Below, one piece after another: positions 55,459 to 64,000 of a DNA stretch of 64,000 nucleotides. Under the pieces are notes generated by a model that ran no database searches, was not told the DNA's origin, and worked only from the letters and a program-made list of their open reading frames with translations. The stretch's first letter is position 1. Each line of letters begins with the position of its first letter. The translations under genes were made by a program, and so were the position numbers. The stretch is taken from the NCBI RefSeq assembly GCF_958431955.1, contig NZ_CAUASN010000009.1, positions 11,645-75,644 of the forward strand, given 5' to 3'. Source of the stretch: an uncultured Adlercreutzia sp. (GTDB taxonomy: Bacteria; Actinomycetota; Coriobacteriia; Coriobacteriales; Eggerthellaceae).

Positions 55459-56556
55459 TCACGACGCGGCAATCGCCTCCGCTGCACCAGCTGCCCGGGC
55501 CGCCTCGGCGTCCTCGCGGGCGAGAACGGCCTGCATGGCGGCGATGGCGCACTCCATCTGGGCGTCGTCGGGCTCGTGGGTGGTCAGGTACTGCATCTGC
55601 ATGCCAGGCCACAGGATCACCTTCACGAGCGGATTGTCCGGGTGGCTCCCGGCCCATTTCACCGTGATCTCGTAGGAGATGCCGGCGATCACCGGCATGA
55701 GCACGATGCGCGCCACGATGACGAGCAAAAGCTTCGGCAGCCCGTCGGGCACCCCGAAGCCGGCGATGATGGCGTTTAAGGGGAAGATGGTGTACACCAA
55801 AATGGCGATGACCATCACCATGATGAGGAAGGCGGTGCCGCAGCGCACGTGCAGGCGCGGGAACTGCCGGGCGTTCTCGGGGGTCATGGGAAGCCCGTGC
55901 TCGAAGCAGTGGATGGCCTTGTGCTCGGCGCCGTGGTACATGAACATGCGCTTGATGTCCTCCATGCGCCCGATGAGCCAGATATAGAACACGAACACCG
56001 CCACGCGCAGAAGGCCGTCCACGATGTTCCAGGCAAGCGTATGGTCGTCGTACTCTCCCACGATGAGGTTGGTCACGGCCGCCGGCGCCACGATGAACAG
56101 CACCACGCCCAGCACGAGCCCCACGATCATGGAGATCATCATCTCGCGATGGCCGAACTCCTCTTCTTCCTCGCGTGTCTCGGCATCTTCGGTCAGCGTC
56201 GTTTCGTAGTCCACGGCCTCGGCCGAAGCCTCCGCAGCGGCCCTCTGCTCGCCCTCCTCGTCGCCGAAAGCGTGCAGCGCGGCGATTTCCAGCGCCTTGA
56301 AGCCCAGCATGAGCGACTCCACGAGCGCCCGGCAGCCGCGCACGAGCGGCCAGTACATCCAGCCGTTCTTGTCCTGGCCGCTCTTCAAATCGTGCTCTTC
56401 CACGTAGATGGCGCCGCTCGGCTCGCGCACGGCCACGGCCCAGTTGTACTTGCCGCGCATCATCACGCCCTCGATGAGGGCCTGGCCGCCCACGTGGGTC
56501 TTCACGGCCCCGTCCTCGGAAAACGCGCGGGAAAGGTCGCTCTTCTGCCTCGCCAT
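55459..56556 (-). CDS. DUF1385 (YqhQ-like) membrane protein
   Basis: HVGGQALIEGVMMRG ... YHGAEHKAIHCFEHG ... CGTAFL ... GISYEI, with several TM segments. The family name is from memory. Confidence 0.75.
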   Translation of the reverse strand: MARQKSDLSRAFSEDGAVKTHVGGQALIEGVMMRGKYNWAVAVREPSGAIYVEEHDLKSGQDKNGWMYWPLVRGCRALVESLMLGFKALEIAALHAFGDEEGEQRAAAEASAEAVDYETTLTEDAETREEEEEFGHREMMISMIVGLVLGVVLFIVAPAAVTNLIVGEYDDHTLAWNIVDGLLRVAVFVFYIWLIGRMEDIKRMFMYHGAEHKAIHCFEHGLPMTPENARQFPRLHVRCGTAFLIMVMVIAILVYTIFPLNAIIAGFGVPDGLPKLLLVIVARIVLMPVIAGISYEITVKWAGSHPDNPLVKVILWPGMQMQYLTTHEPDDAQMECAIAAMQAVLAREDAEAARAAGAAEAIAAS

Positions 56557-56571
56557 GACTCGGTTCCCCGC

Positions 56572-57264
56572 CTACAGGTCCAACGTCGCGCGGTCCACGC
56601 GCGCAAACGGGGTGCCGCAGGTCATCTTGCCTTCGGGGCAGGTGCCGTGCACGCAGGGCGCGCCGGCGTCGGCGAAGATGTAGGGGGCCGTGGGGCGCGC
56701 CAGCTCCAGCATCTTCCACGCCATCTCGCGAATCTCCCACTGGGCGCGGTTGCAGCAGCGCAGCTCGAAGAAGTGCAGAAGCTCGCGCACGTTCATGGTG
56801 ATGACGATCTTCGTCTCGGCGGCGTTGGGCAGAAGGTAGCGCGCGTCCTCGGCGGGCACGCCCGCCTCCACGAGCGCGCGGTAAGCCTGGGTCACGCACT
56901 CGATGGCCTCGTCGAACAGCGCGCTCGTCTCGGCGTTATCGGCCACGGTGGCCGGCTTCACCACGGGAATCTCGCCCTTGAACTTCACGTAGCGCTGGGA
57001 CTGCTGGTTGAAGCTGGCGATGCGGTGGCGCACCAGCTGGTGGGTGAGCGCACGGGACACGCCGTCCACGGCGAAGGTGTAACTCGCGTGCTCCAAGGTG
57101 GAGAAATGCCCCGAGCCCATGATGGTGGACAGCACGCTCTTCACGCGCTCGGGCGGCATGGTCTCCATCAGCTCGCTCGCACCCACCGGGGCGTAGCACA
57201 GGCGCGCGGCCGTGGCGATAGCGCGCTCGGGGTCGGGCGTGTGGTACAGAAGCTCTACCTGCAT
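56572..57264 (-). CDS. thyX: FAD-dependent thymidylate synthase
   Basis: HFSTLEHASYTFAVDGVSRALTHQLVRHRIASFNQQSQRY is the ThyX RHRxxSxxxxSQRY motif. Trimmed to MQVELLYH at 57264. Confidence 0.9.
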   Translation of the reverse strand: MQVELLYHTPDPERAIATAARLCYAPVGASELMETMPPERVKSVLSTIMGSGHFSTLEHASYTFAVDGVSRALTHQLVRHRIASFNQQSQRYVKFKGEIPVVKPATVADNAETSALFDEAIECVTQAYRALVEAGVPAEDARYLLPNAAETKIVITMNVRELLHFFELRCCNRAQWEIREMAWKMLELARPTAPYIFADAGAPCVHGTCPEGKMTCGTPFARVDRATLDL

Positions 57265-57340
57265 GGCATCTCCTCGAGTCTCGTTTCCGTTCCCAGGAAG
57301 TATAATGGCTGGACGACCGACGATATGGCTGGGAGGCCCC

Positions 57341-58246
57341 ATGCACGACGAATTTACACCCCTGCTCGGCTCAACGGACTGGAACGAGGAGTGGAAACAG
57401 CTCCAAAAGCTGCGGCGCCATGCCGACGACGCCTCGTTCTGGGACAAGCGCTCGGCCACCTTCACCACCAAAGACGCCCCGAACCGCTACGTGGAGCAGT
57501 TTCTAGCCTATGCCGCCATCCGACCCGACGAGACCGTCTTCGACATGGGCTGCGGCACCGGCGCTTTGGCCGTGCCCCTCGGTAAGGACGGGCACAAGGT
57601 GGTGGCCGCCGACTTCTCCCAGGGCATGCTCGACCAGCTGCAGGCCCGGCTGGATGCCGCGGGCGTACGCACGGTCTTCCCCAAGCTCATGAGCTGGGAA
57701 GACGACTGGCCCGCCTTCGGCGTGCGCGCGGGCATGACTGACGTGGCCATCGCCTCGCGCTCCATCGCCACTGCCGATCTGCGCGACTCCCTGCTGCGCC
57801 TTTCCGAGGTGGCGCGCCGGCGCGTGTGCATCACGCTGGCCACCGGCTCCTCCCCGCGCGTGGACGAGCGCATCCTGGCCGCGGTGGGGCTGCCCTGCCT
57901 GCTCGGGCGCGACTACCTCTACGCCTTCAACATCTTGGCCGCCGAGGGCATCAAGGCCGAGGTGCGCTACATCGCGAGCACCCGTGAGGACACGTTCGCC
58001 ACTCCTGAGGACGCCTTCGAGAAGCTGGCCGCCATGATCGACGACTCCTCGGCCGTCCAGGCCTCCCCCACCGACCGGGAGCGCGCCCGCGCCAACTTGC
58101 GCGAATGGCTTGCTACCAACCTGGTGGCGAACGAGCACGCCGGCCAGCCCGATTGCAAGGGCGTGGCCCAGGGAGCCTGGCGCCTTGCCGAGCCCCGCAC
58201 CGTCACCTGGGCCTTCCTCGCCTGGAACACCGACGGCACCGTCTAG
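57341..58246 (+). CDS. class I SAM-dependent methyltransferase
   Basis: VFDMGCGTGALAVPLGKDGHKVVAADFSQGML is motif I plus the acidic loop. I take ATG 57341, behind GGGAGG. The substrate is unknown. Confidence 0.7.
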   Translation: MHDEFTPLLGSTDWNEEWKQLQKLRRHADDASFWDKRSATFTTKDAPNRYVEQFLAYAAIRPDETVFDMGCGTGALAVPLGKDGHKVVAADFSQGMLDQLQARLDAAGVRTVFPKLMSWEDDWPAFGVRAGMTDVAIASRSIATADLRDSLLRLSEVARRRVCITLATGSSPRVDERILAAVGLPCLLGRDYLYAFNILAAEGIKAEVRYIASTREDTFATPEDAFEKLAAMIDDSSAVQASPTDRERARANLREWLATNLVANEHAGQPDCKGVAQGAWRLAEPRTVTWAFLAWNTDGTV

Positions 58247-58306
58247 GCTTCGTCCCAGCCGTCGTTTGCCACTGCCAGACACCATGTAAGCAACCTCGAT
58301 CTGCTC

Positions 58307-58340
58307 AAAAAAGAAGGGCTCGGGAAATTCCCGAGCCCTT
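58307..58340 (-). terminator. intrinsic terminator after the cold-shock gene
   Basis: A perfect 11-bp stem aagggctcggg/cccgagccctt (58314-58324 / 58330-58340) has a 5-nt loop. A T-run (cttttttg) follows on the minus strand. Confidence 0.85.
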
Positions 58341-58364
58341 CGGCGTTAATGGAGTTTCTCAAGC

Positions 58365-58568
58365 TTAGAGACGTTCCACGTTGCTCGCCTGCAGCTTGCC
58401 GTTCTGGCCCTCGGTCACCTCGAAGGTAACAGCGTCGCCCTCGTTGAGGGTCTTGAAGCCCGACATCTTGATCTCAGAGAAGTGAACGAACAGATCCTCG
58501 CCGTCGTTCTGAGAAATGAAGCCGTAGCCCTTCTCGGGGTTGAACCACTTGACAGTGCCTTCCGCCAT
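58365..58568 (-). CDS. CspA-family cold shock protein
   Basis: [33 protein letters not shown] carries the RNP1/RNP2 motifs. 67 aa, with GGAGGGAGGAAAGAGG upstream. Confidence 0.95.
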   Translation of the reverse strand: MAEGTVKWFNPEKGYGFISQNDGEDLFVHFSEIKMSGFKTLNEGDAVTFEVTEGQNGKLQASNVERL

Positions 58569-58698
58569 GATGCTTTCCTCTTTCCTCCCTCCCGTCTTAC
58601 GAGAGGGGATAGTAACACGGGCCCTGGGGCCCAGCTCCCCATTTAGGAGCGCCCCATCACTATACGCTAAGTTGCGCGGTTTTTCGCGGGGAATTCGC

Positions 58699-59106
58699 TT
58701 ATTCGGCGGCTTCCTCAAGAAAAGCCTCAAGTTCCTCGTCGCTGACCGCGTCGTCGGAAAGCTCGTGGCCGTAGGCCTCGGCAAGGGCGCGGGCCTGACT
58801 CGCGCGCAGATCGGCCATCTCGCCGTTGCCGGCCTCGCCGTAATAGCGCGCCGACAAAAGAAGGCTGCGGGCAATGTGCTCGGTCAGGTGCGGATCCACC
58901 CCCGACACCTGCAGGATGGCGGCCATGGACTCGGGCGCGAGCGAGAGCAGCGCCTCACCGTCCAAATCGGTGGCGTCGCCTATGGCCATATCCAACATAC
59001 GAGCCGCGCCATCGGGGTCTTCCTCGCCGGCGGCACGCTCCATGGAACGGCGGATGCCGCCCAGAAGCTGGGCGATAATGCGCATCAGGTAATCTTGCTC
59101 GAACAT
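58699..59106 (-). CDS. hypothetical acidic 135-aa protein
   Basis: [23 protein letters not shown]... Codon usage is like the flanks. No domain recognised with confidence. Confidence 0.5.
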   Translation of the reverse strand: MFEQDYLMRIIAQLLGGIRRSMERAAGEEDPDGAARMLDMAIGDATDLDGEALLSLAPESMAAILQVSGVDPHLTEHIARSLLLSARYYGEAGNGEMADLRASQARALAEAYGHELSDDAVSDEELEAFLEEAAE

Positions 59107-59189
59107 GGGAAACCTCTTCCGTTCTCGGCGACAGGAGGGATTATACCCCAATGCCACGGGGCAAGGCGGCCGCCTCGACGCCGCGCCAA

Positions 59190-60125
59190 CTAGCGGCGCC
59201 CTAGCCCAATGCCGTCCAAAGTGAGGGCGGCGCCTGCTTGAACGCGCTCCGCCCTCACGAACGCCGCCAGATCCGAGCGGCCGCTCAATCCCAACTTCGC
59301 ATAGATATTATGGGCGTGGGTCTTCACCGTCCCTACCGAGATGAACAGATCGGAAGCGATCTCCTGGTTGCTCTTGCCCGCAATGAGCATCCCCAGAACC
59401 TCCTCCTCGCGACGCGTCAGACCGTAGGCGCTCGCAATGAGGGCGAGCATCCGATCCCCGCCTTCGCCTTCGCGGTGGCGTAGGAAGGACACGGCGTACA
59501 AGAGGGAGTACACGATAGTGACGAGGCCGCTCGCATCCACGAACCAGTTGCGCGGGTCCGTGCTGCCCTCCCAGAACGAAACGCCGGCCGCCACAAGGTA
59601 GCCCGTTGAGCATGCAGCGAAAAGGGCGACGAGAACTGTCAGGGAGCGTCGGCCGAGTACGGTGCGCGCGTCCGATCGCAGACCGCGAACAGCGATGAAA
59701 ACGATATAGAGTTGCAGCAGCCCCATGCACGCGCTCTCGCTGAGAGCGCGCACCGACCCAGAGAACACCGTCATCGCCACTGCGGCGAACGCCGCGACCG
59801 CGATCCAGAGTACCGCCTCCCACCGCCCTGGAGGACATGAGAAGACGCAGCCGGCGACAAGACGATAACAGAGAAGTATGCCAAGATGAAGGTACATGTA
59901 GAAGTAGGGTACCGCATCGCTCAAGCTGCCGAACACGAACTTGAAGTCGGGAACGAAATCGAGCAGGTACAGCAACATGATGTCGAGTGTGCACAGGAGG
60001 AAGAGCGCTGCGAGCCATTTCTGGACAGGCTCGCGAAAGCGAAGCGCCCAATAGGCGAACAATGCGCAGAGAGCGAAATTGACCATGGTCGTTGCCATGT
60101 CGTAGAAGAACAGCGCATAAACCAT
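59190..60125 (-). CDS. LuxR-family regulator with a polytopic membrane N-terminal domain
   Basis: About 230 hydrophobic residues (several TM helices), then LTRREEEVLGMLIAGKSNQEIASDLFISVGTVKTHAHNIYAKLG. Confidence 0.8.
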   Translation of the reverse strand: MVYALFFYDMATTMVNFALCALFAYWALRFREPVQKWLAALFLLCTLDIMLLYLLDFVPDFKFVFGSLSDAVPYFYMYLHLGILLCYRLVAGCVFSCPPGRWEAVLWIAVAAFAAVAMTVFSGSVRALSESACMGLLQLYIVFIAVRGLRSDARTVLGRRSLTVLVALFAACSTGYLVAAGVSFWEGSTDPRNWFVDASGLVTIVYSLLYAVSFLRHREGEGGDRMLALIASAYGLTRREEEVLGMLIAGKSNQEIASDLFISVGTVKTHAHNIYAKLGLSGRSDLAAFVRAERVQAGAALTLDGIGLGRR

Positions 60126-60183
60126 AACCCCTCCTTTTGCCTGAAATTATAGCATGAGGCCCTTCTGCAAGACCGATGGCATC

Positions 60184-60197
60184 GTCTCGAATGAGAC
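60184..60197. promoter_or_regulatory. inverted repeat GTCTC-N4-GAGAC in the luxR/amidohydrolase divergent region
   Basis: GTCTCGAATGAGAC, with TCTCGAA repeated directly right after it. It lies 59 nt from the luxR ATG. Confidence 0.25.
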
Positions 60198-60374
60198 TCT
60201 CGAAACTGGCTGTGAACTGGATAAACAGTGAAGATAGAGATAAATATACCCTTCCGTAAACCCACCTCTACCTCGCCCTTCATTGCCGCGGGCCCCAAGG
60301 AGAGGGTAAGGTGCGGCCATGGACTCGCCCATCCGGTAACCGCATCGCGAGTCCCCGACCTTTAGGAGGGTATC

Positions 60375-62204
60375 ATGAGCACTTCAATCTCAACCGAGCA
60401 CCTCACCCTGCAGCCCCTCTCGCGCCGCCGCTTCGTCATCGGCGCCTCCGCGCTTGCCACCGGCGTTCTTCTGGGAGGCGCTCTCGGATGCAGCTCGGCC
60501 TCCGAGAGCGGAGAGATGCCGGCAGCCGCCACGGGCGGCGGCGCGGCCGCCAGCTTGGTGTTCACGAACGGCCACATCCAGACACTCGTCGACGAGGAAG
60601 ACGTGGCCGAGGCGGTAGCCGTCGACGGCAACACCATCGTCTACGTGGGCGACGCCTCTGGGGCAGAAGCCTTTATCGGCCCCGAGACAAAGGTGGTCGA
60701 CCTGAACGGACAGTTCCTATGCCCGGGCTTCATGGACGGCCATCTCCATGGGCCCCAACCCTTCTACGAGGAGATGTTCCAGATATCCATTCCCGAGGGC
60801 ACCATGGACAACGAGGAGTACCTGCGCATCATTCGCGCCTTCGTGGAGGAGCACCCAGATGACGACGTGTACTACGGCGGCCCCTTCATGCAGAACGCCT
60901 ACCTCCAACCCGACGGCTCAAATCCCGGGCCCCAGAAAGAGGATCTCGATGCCATCTGCGCCGACAAGCCCATCATGATCCGCGACGTGTCGCATCACGC
61001 CTACTGGGTGAACAGCAAGGCCTTGGAATTGGCGGGGATCACGAAGGACACACCCGACCCCGACGGTGGCGTCATCACGCGCAATGCCGCAGGCGAGCCG
61101 AGCGGCCTGCTCACCGACGCTGCGAAAAACGCCCTCGCCGCGAAGATTCCCGTCCCCTATTCGGTTGAGAACATGACCGAGGCGTACCGCGCCTTCCAGG
61201 AGCGTTGTCACTCCTACGGCATCACCGGCCTCACGAACATCAACCTGTCGGGGGTAGAGCTCGTCCACGCCGAGGCCCTCAACGGCCTCGACCAGGCAGG
61301 AGATCTTCACCTGCGCCAGCGCTTCCTCGTGTGGGGACGCGTCGGCGAGGGCTATGGGGGCATCAAGGAGAAGCTCGATGCCGTGAAACAGTACGAGTCG
61401 GACATGTTCACGACCGGTACGGTAAAGATCGTCTACGACGGAGTGACCGAAGGGGCAACAGCGGTCATGCTGGAGCCCTACGCACCCGCTGCCGGCCGCG
61501 GCGACAACTGGCATGCCGTAAGCGACTGGTCCGAGAGTGAGCTTAACGAGGTAGTGGGCGCTCTCGACAAGAATGGCTACCAGGTGCACATCCATGCCAT
61601 CGGCGACGGCGCCGTGCGCACAGCGCTTAACGCCTACGAGGCCGCCGTGCAGGCGAATGGCGAACGCGACTCTCGCCACACCATGGTGCACGTATGCGCC
61701 ATCGCCCCGGAGGATATCCAGCGCGTGGCCGATATGGGCATCGTCTGCGATATGCAATTCCTCTGGATGTACAACGATCCGCTCTGCCAACTGGAAGCCG
61801 CCTTCATCGGCGAGGAACGCGCCTTCGCCATGTACCCGGTGAAGGACATGCTGGAAGCCGGCTGCATCTTGAGCGGAGGCAGCGATGGCGCCGTGACCGC
61901 CTATGACCCGCTCCTCGAGCTCGAAGTGGGTATCACGCGCAACAGCCCCTTCCCCGGCGAGGAAGACACCGACCTGTACCGGTGGCCCGAACAGGGCCTG
62001 ACGGCCTACCAGATGCTCGAAATGTACACGAAGAACGTCGCCTACGAGAACTATATGGAAGACATCGTGGGCACTATCGAGGTGGGCAAGAAGGCGGACT
62101 TCGTCGTACTCGACCAAAACATCCTCACCGTGGAACCGAAGCTCATCTCCGATTCCACGGTGAAATACACCGTCTCCGACGGCGTCATCGTCTACGAGGG
62201 CTGA
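60375..62204 (+). CDS. amidohydrolase family (amidohydrolase_3 / YtcJ-like) Tat-exported lipoprotein
   Basis: [27 protein letters not shown] has twin-Arg plus lipobox. PGFMDGHLH (metal HxH), [10 protein letters not shown] and GSDGAV are also present. Confidence 0.85.
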   Translation: MSTSISTEHLTLQPLSRRRFVIGASALATGVLLGGALGCSSASESGEMPAAATGGGAAASLVFTNGHIQTLVDEEDVAEAVAVDGNTIVYVGDASGAEAFIGPETKVVDLNGQFLCPGFMDGHLHGPQPFYEEMFQISIPEGTMDNEEYLRIIRAFVEEHPDDDVYYGGPFMQNAYLQPDGSNPGPQKEDLDAICADKPIMIRDVSHHAYWVNSKALELAGITKDTPDPDGGVITRNAAGEPSGLLTDAAKNALAAKIPVPYSVENMTEAYRAFQERCHSYGITGLTNINLSGVELVHAEALNGLDQAGDLHLRQRFLVWGRVGEGYGGIKEKLDAVKQYESDMFTTGTVKIVYDGVTEGATAVMLEPYAPAAGRGDNWHAVSDWSESELNEVVGALDKNGYQVHIHAIGDGAVRTALNAYEAAVQANGERDSRHTMVHVCAIAPEDIQRVADMGIVCDMQFLWMYNDPLCQLEAAFIGEERAFAMYPVKDMLEAGCILSGGSDGAVTAYDPLLELEVGITRNSPFPGEEDTDLYRWPEQGLTAYQMLEMYTKNVAYENYMEDIVGTIEVGKKADFVVLDQNILTVEPKLISDSTVKYTVSDGVIVYEG

Positions 62205-62244
62205 GCCTAGCCCTGCGCTAGGACGCCGACTCGAAGGCAGCTCG

Positions 62245-62280
62245 CAGGGCCCGCAGCGGTTTCGGCCGCCGCGGGCCCTG
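62245..62280. terminator. GC-rich hairpin between the convergent amidohydrolase and ruvB genes (no T-run)
   Basis: A perfect 10-bp stem cagggcccgc/gcgggccctg with a 16-nt loop. Confidence 0.4.
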
Positions 62281-62331
62281 GATCGTCGAGCAGCCCCGTC
62301 TTCCGAGCTACCCGCTTTGCGGTGCATGTCG

Positions 62332-63411
62332 CTACATTTCCGGCGCCGCGAGCCCCAAGTGCTCCCAAGCACCGGGAGTGGCCTGGCGGCCCTTGGGCGT
62401 GCGCATCATCAGGCCCTGCTGCATGAGGTAGGGCTCGTACACGTCTTCCACCGTGTCGGGGTCTTCCGCCAAGGCCGATGCCAGGGTGGTCAGCCCCACC
62501 GGCCGCCCCGAGAACTGCACGCAGAGCACTTCCAAAAGGCGGTTGTCCACCGCGTCCAGTCCCAAATGGTCCACCTCAAAGAAGGTGAGGGCCTCGGCCG
62601 CCACGTCCTCGGTGATGGCGCCGTCGCCGCGCACCTGGGCCCAGTCGCGCACGCGCTTCAGCAGGCGGTTCGCCAGACGAGGCGTGCCGCGGGAGCGCCG
62701 CGCGATTTCCAGCGCGCCTTCCTCGTCGATGGACACGTTCAGGATAGTAGCCGACCGGCACACGATAAGCGCCAGCTCTTCCGGCGTGTAGTACTGCAGG
62801 CGGAACGCCACGCCGAAGCGGTCGCGCAAAGGGCCGGTGAGCAGGCCCGTGCGCGTGGTGGCGCCGATGAGCGTGAAGCGCGGCAGGTCGAGCCGGATGG
62901 AGCGGGCCGCCGGGCCCTTCCCCACCACGATGTCCAGCTCGAAATCTTCCAGCGCCGGGTAGAGCACCTCCTCCACCATGCGGTTCAGGCGGTGGATCTC
63001 GTCGATGAACAGCACATCGCCCTCTTCGAGGTTCGTAAGGATGGCCGCCAAATCCCCCGTGCGGGCGATAGCCGGCCCCGAGGTGGTGCGAATAGAAGCG
63101 CCCAGCTCGTTGGCCACCACCGTGGCAAGGGTGGTCTTGCCCAAGCCTGGAGGGCCCGAGAACAGGATGTGGTCGGCCACATCGCCCCGGGCGCGGGCCG
63201 CGTCGATCATAATGCCGAGCGACTCCTTCACCTTGGTCTGGCCCAAATAGTCGTCCAGACGCTTCGGGCGCAGCGAGAAATCGAGCTCAAGGTCGTCTTC
63301 GGTGAAGGTGGGCGCCACCGCCCGCTCGCGACCCTCGGCTGTCGCGCGCCCCGCGGACGCGCCGCTCTCGGCCACGTACCCGATGCCTTCTATGTCCAGA
63401 TCAAATGCCAT
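62332..63411 (-). CDS. ruvB: Holliday junction branch migration helicase RuvB
   Basis: [12 protein letters not shown] ... [14 protein letters not shown] ... LFIDEIHRL ... GATTR. Confidence 0.95.
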   Translation of the reverse strand: MAFDLDIEGIGYVAESGASAGRATAEGRERAVAPTFTEDDLELDFSLRPKRLDDYLGQTKVKESLGIMIDAARARGDVADHILFSGPPGLGKTTLATVVANELGASIRTTSGPAIARTGDLAAILTNLEEGDVLFIDEIHRLNRMVEEVLYPALEDFELDIVVGKGPAARSIRLDLPRFTLIGATTRTGLLTGPLRDRFGVAFRLQYYTPEELALIVCRSATILNVSIDEEGALEIARRSRGTPRLANRLLKRVRDWAQVRGDGAITEDVAAEALTFFEVDHLGLDAVDNRLLEVLCVQFSGRPVGLTTLASALAEDPDTVEDVYEPYLMQQGLMMRTPKGRQATPGAWEHLGLAAPEM

Positions 63412-63423
63412 GGCTGCCTATCG

Positions 63424-64000
63424 CTATCGATTTCCCAAACGTTTCAGCGCATATTGTAGCAGCGCGCCCTCGCCGGCGCCCTCGGGAGCACCCTTCAAGG
63501 CCACCTCGGCCTCGGCGGAGGTGAAGCCCATGGAAAGCAGCGCCTCGGTGGCACCGGCAAGCGCCACGCTGTCCGTCGACGGGCCGCCGGCCTCCGCGCC
63601 GCTGTCGAACAGCGTCTCCAGCCCGCGCTCCAAGGTTCCCTTCAGCTCCAAGATGATGCGCTCGGCCGTCTTCTTGCCCACCCCGGGAATATGGGACACC
63701 CGTGCGATGTCCTGGGCGGCTATGGCGTCGGCCAGTTCGCGGGGGGTGTAGGTGGAAAGGGCCGCCAGGGCCATCTTCGGTCCCACCTTCGACACACCGA
63801 TGAGCTTCTCGAACAGGCCCTTTTCCTCATCGGAGAGGAACCCATAGAGCCCGAGACCGTTGTCGCTCACCGACAGGTAGGTGAGCACGCGCGCGGGCTT
63901 GCCCACTTCCAGCTTGCCCAAGTCGCCCTGGGGCATGGAGACGGCGTAGCCCACCCCGGCCACATCGATATAGGCCGTGTTCGGCGGCAGCACCGCCGCC
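63424..64000 (-). CDS. ruvA: Holliday junction DNA-binding protein RuvA; the 5' end is probably beyond the window
   Basis: ...YIDVAGVGYAVSMP ... LIGVSKVGPKMALAAL ... IPGVGKKTAERIILELK. RuvA normally has about 15 more N-terminal residues before the GVGY block, and the frame is open to the window edge. Confidence 0.85.
   Translation of the reverse strand, partial: AAVLPPNTAYIDVAGVGYAVSMPQGDLGKLEVGKPARVLTYLSVSDNGLGLYGFLSDEEKGLFEKLIGVSKVGPKMALAALSTYTPRELADAIAAQDIARVSHIPGVGKKTAERIILELKGTLERGLETLFDSGAEAGGPSTDSVALAGATEALLSMGFTSAEAEVALKGAPEGAGEGALLQYALKRLGNR

Overview
This is a 64-kb slice of a high-GC bacterial chromosome. Hand-counted 60-nt lines in core genes run about 55-75% G+C. The gene content fits a gut Actinomycetota, probably Coriobacteriia/Eggerthellaceae, but that taxon call is inference only. 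The pointers are Rho with a long basic N-terminal extension, twin-arginine lipoprotein signals, a membrane-anchored LuxR regulator beside a secreted amidohydrolase, a bile-salt-hydrolase-family gene and a split class-I fumarase. I can support about 60 protein genes, one tRNA-Thr(UGU), the tmRNA (ssrA) two genes from smpB, and a set of intrinsic terminators and promoter candidates. Positions 1-28254 are transcribed entirely from the minus strand. In coordinate order they carry murA, tsf-rpsB, metG, sppA, rho, a transaldolase-family gene, a his operon (transcribed hisZG fusion-D-C-B-H-A-F-I), larC-larB, merR, rdgB, murI, an L,D-transpeptidase, ssrA, a choloylglycine hydrolase, smpB, an M42 peptidase, tRNA-Thr and pyrE. 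Next comes a radical-SAM/DUF4130 putative DNA-repair pair behind a near-consensus promoter that contains a LexA-like box. After it lie two DegV genes around a degenerate dehydrogenase-like gene and a PflX-like radical SAM gene, then pncB, ricT, holB, tmk, malic enzyme, fumarase and topA. The last part holds a polar amino-acid ABC transporter, DUF1385, thyX, a cold-shock gene, luxR/amidohydrolase and ruvBA. The one clearly accessory segment is at about 47.4-50.5 kb. It is a lower-GC three-gene minus-strand cassette rich in A/T-ending codons: a DUF4230-like membrane protein, a coiled-coil lipoprotein and a 345-aa orphan, with its own UUCG-loop terminator. It sits directly upstream of a high-GC relic of a second DUF4230 C-terminus and a non-coding stretch carrying a short repeat family. 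I saw no CRISPR array, rRNA, transposase, integrase or recognisable defence enzyme. All product calls rest on motif recognition in the translations; no database search was possible.
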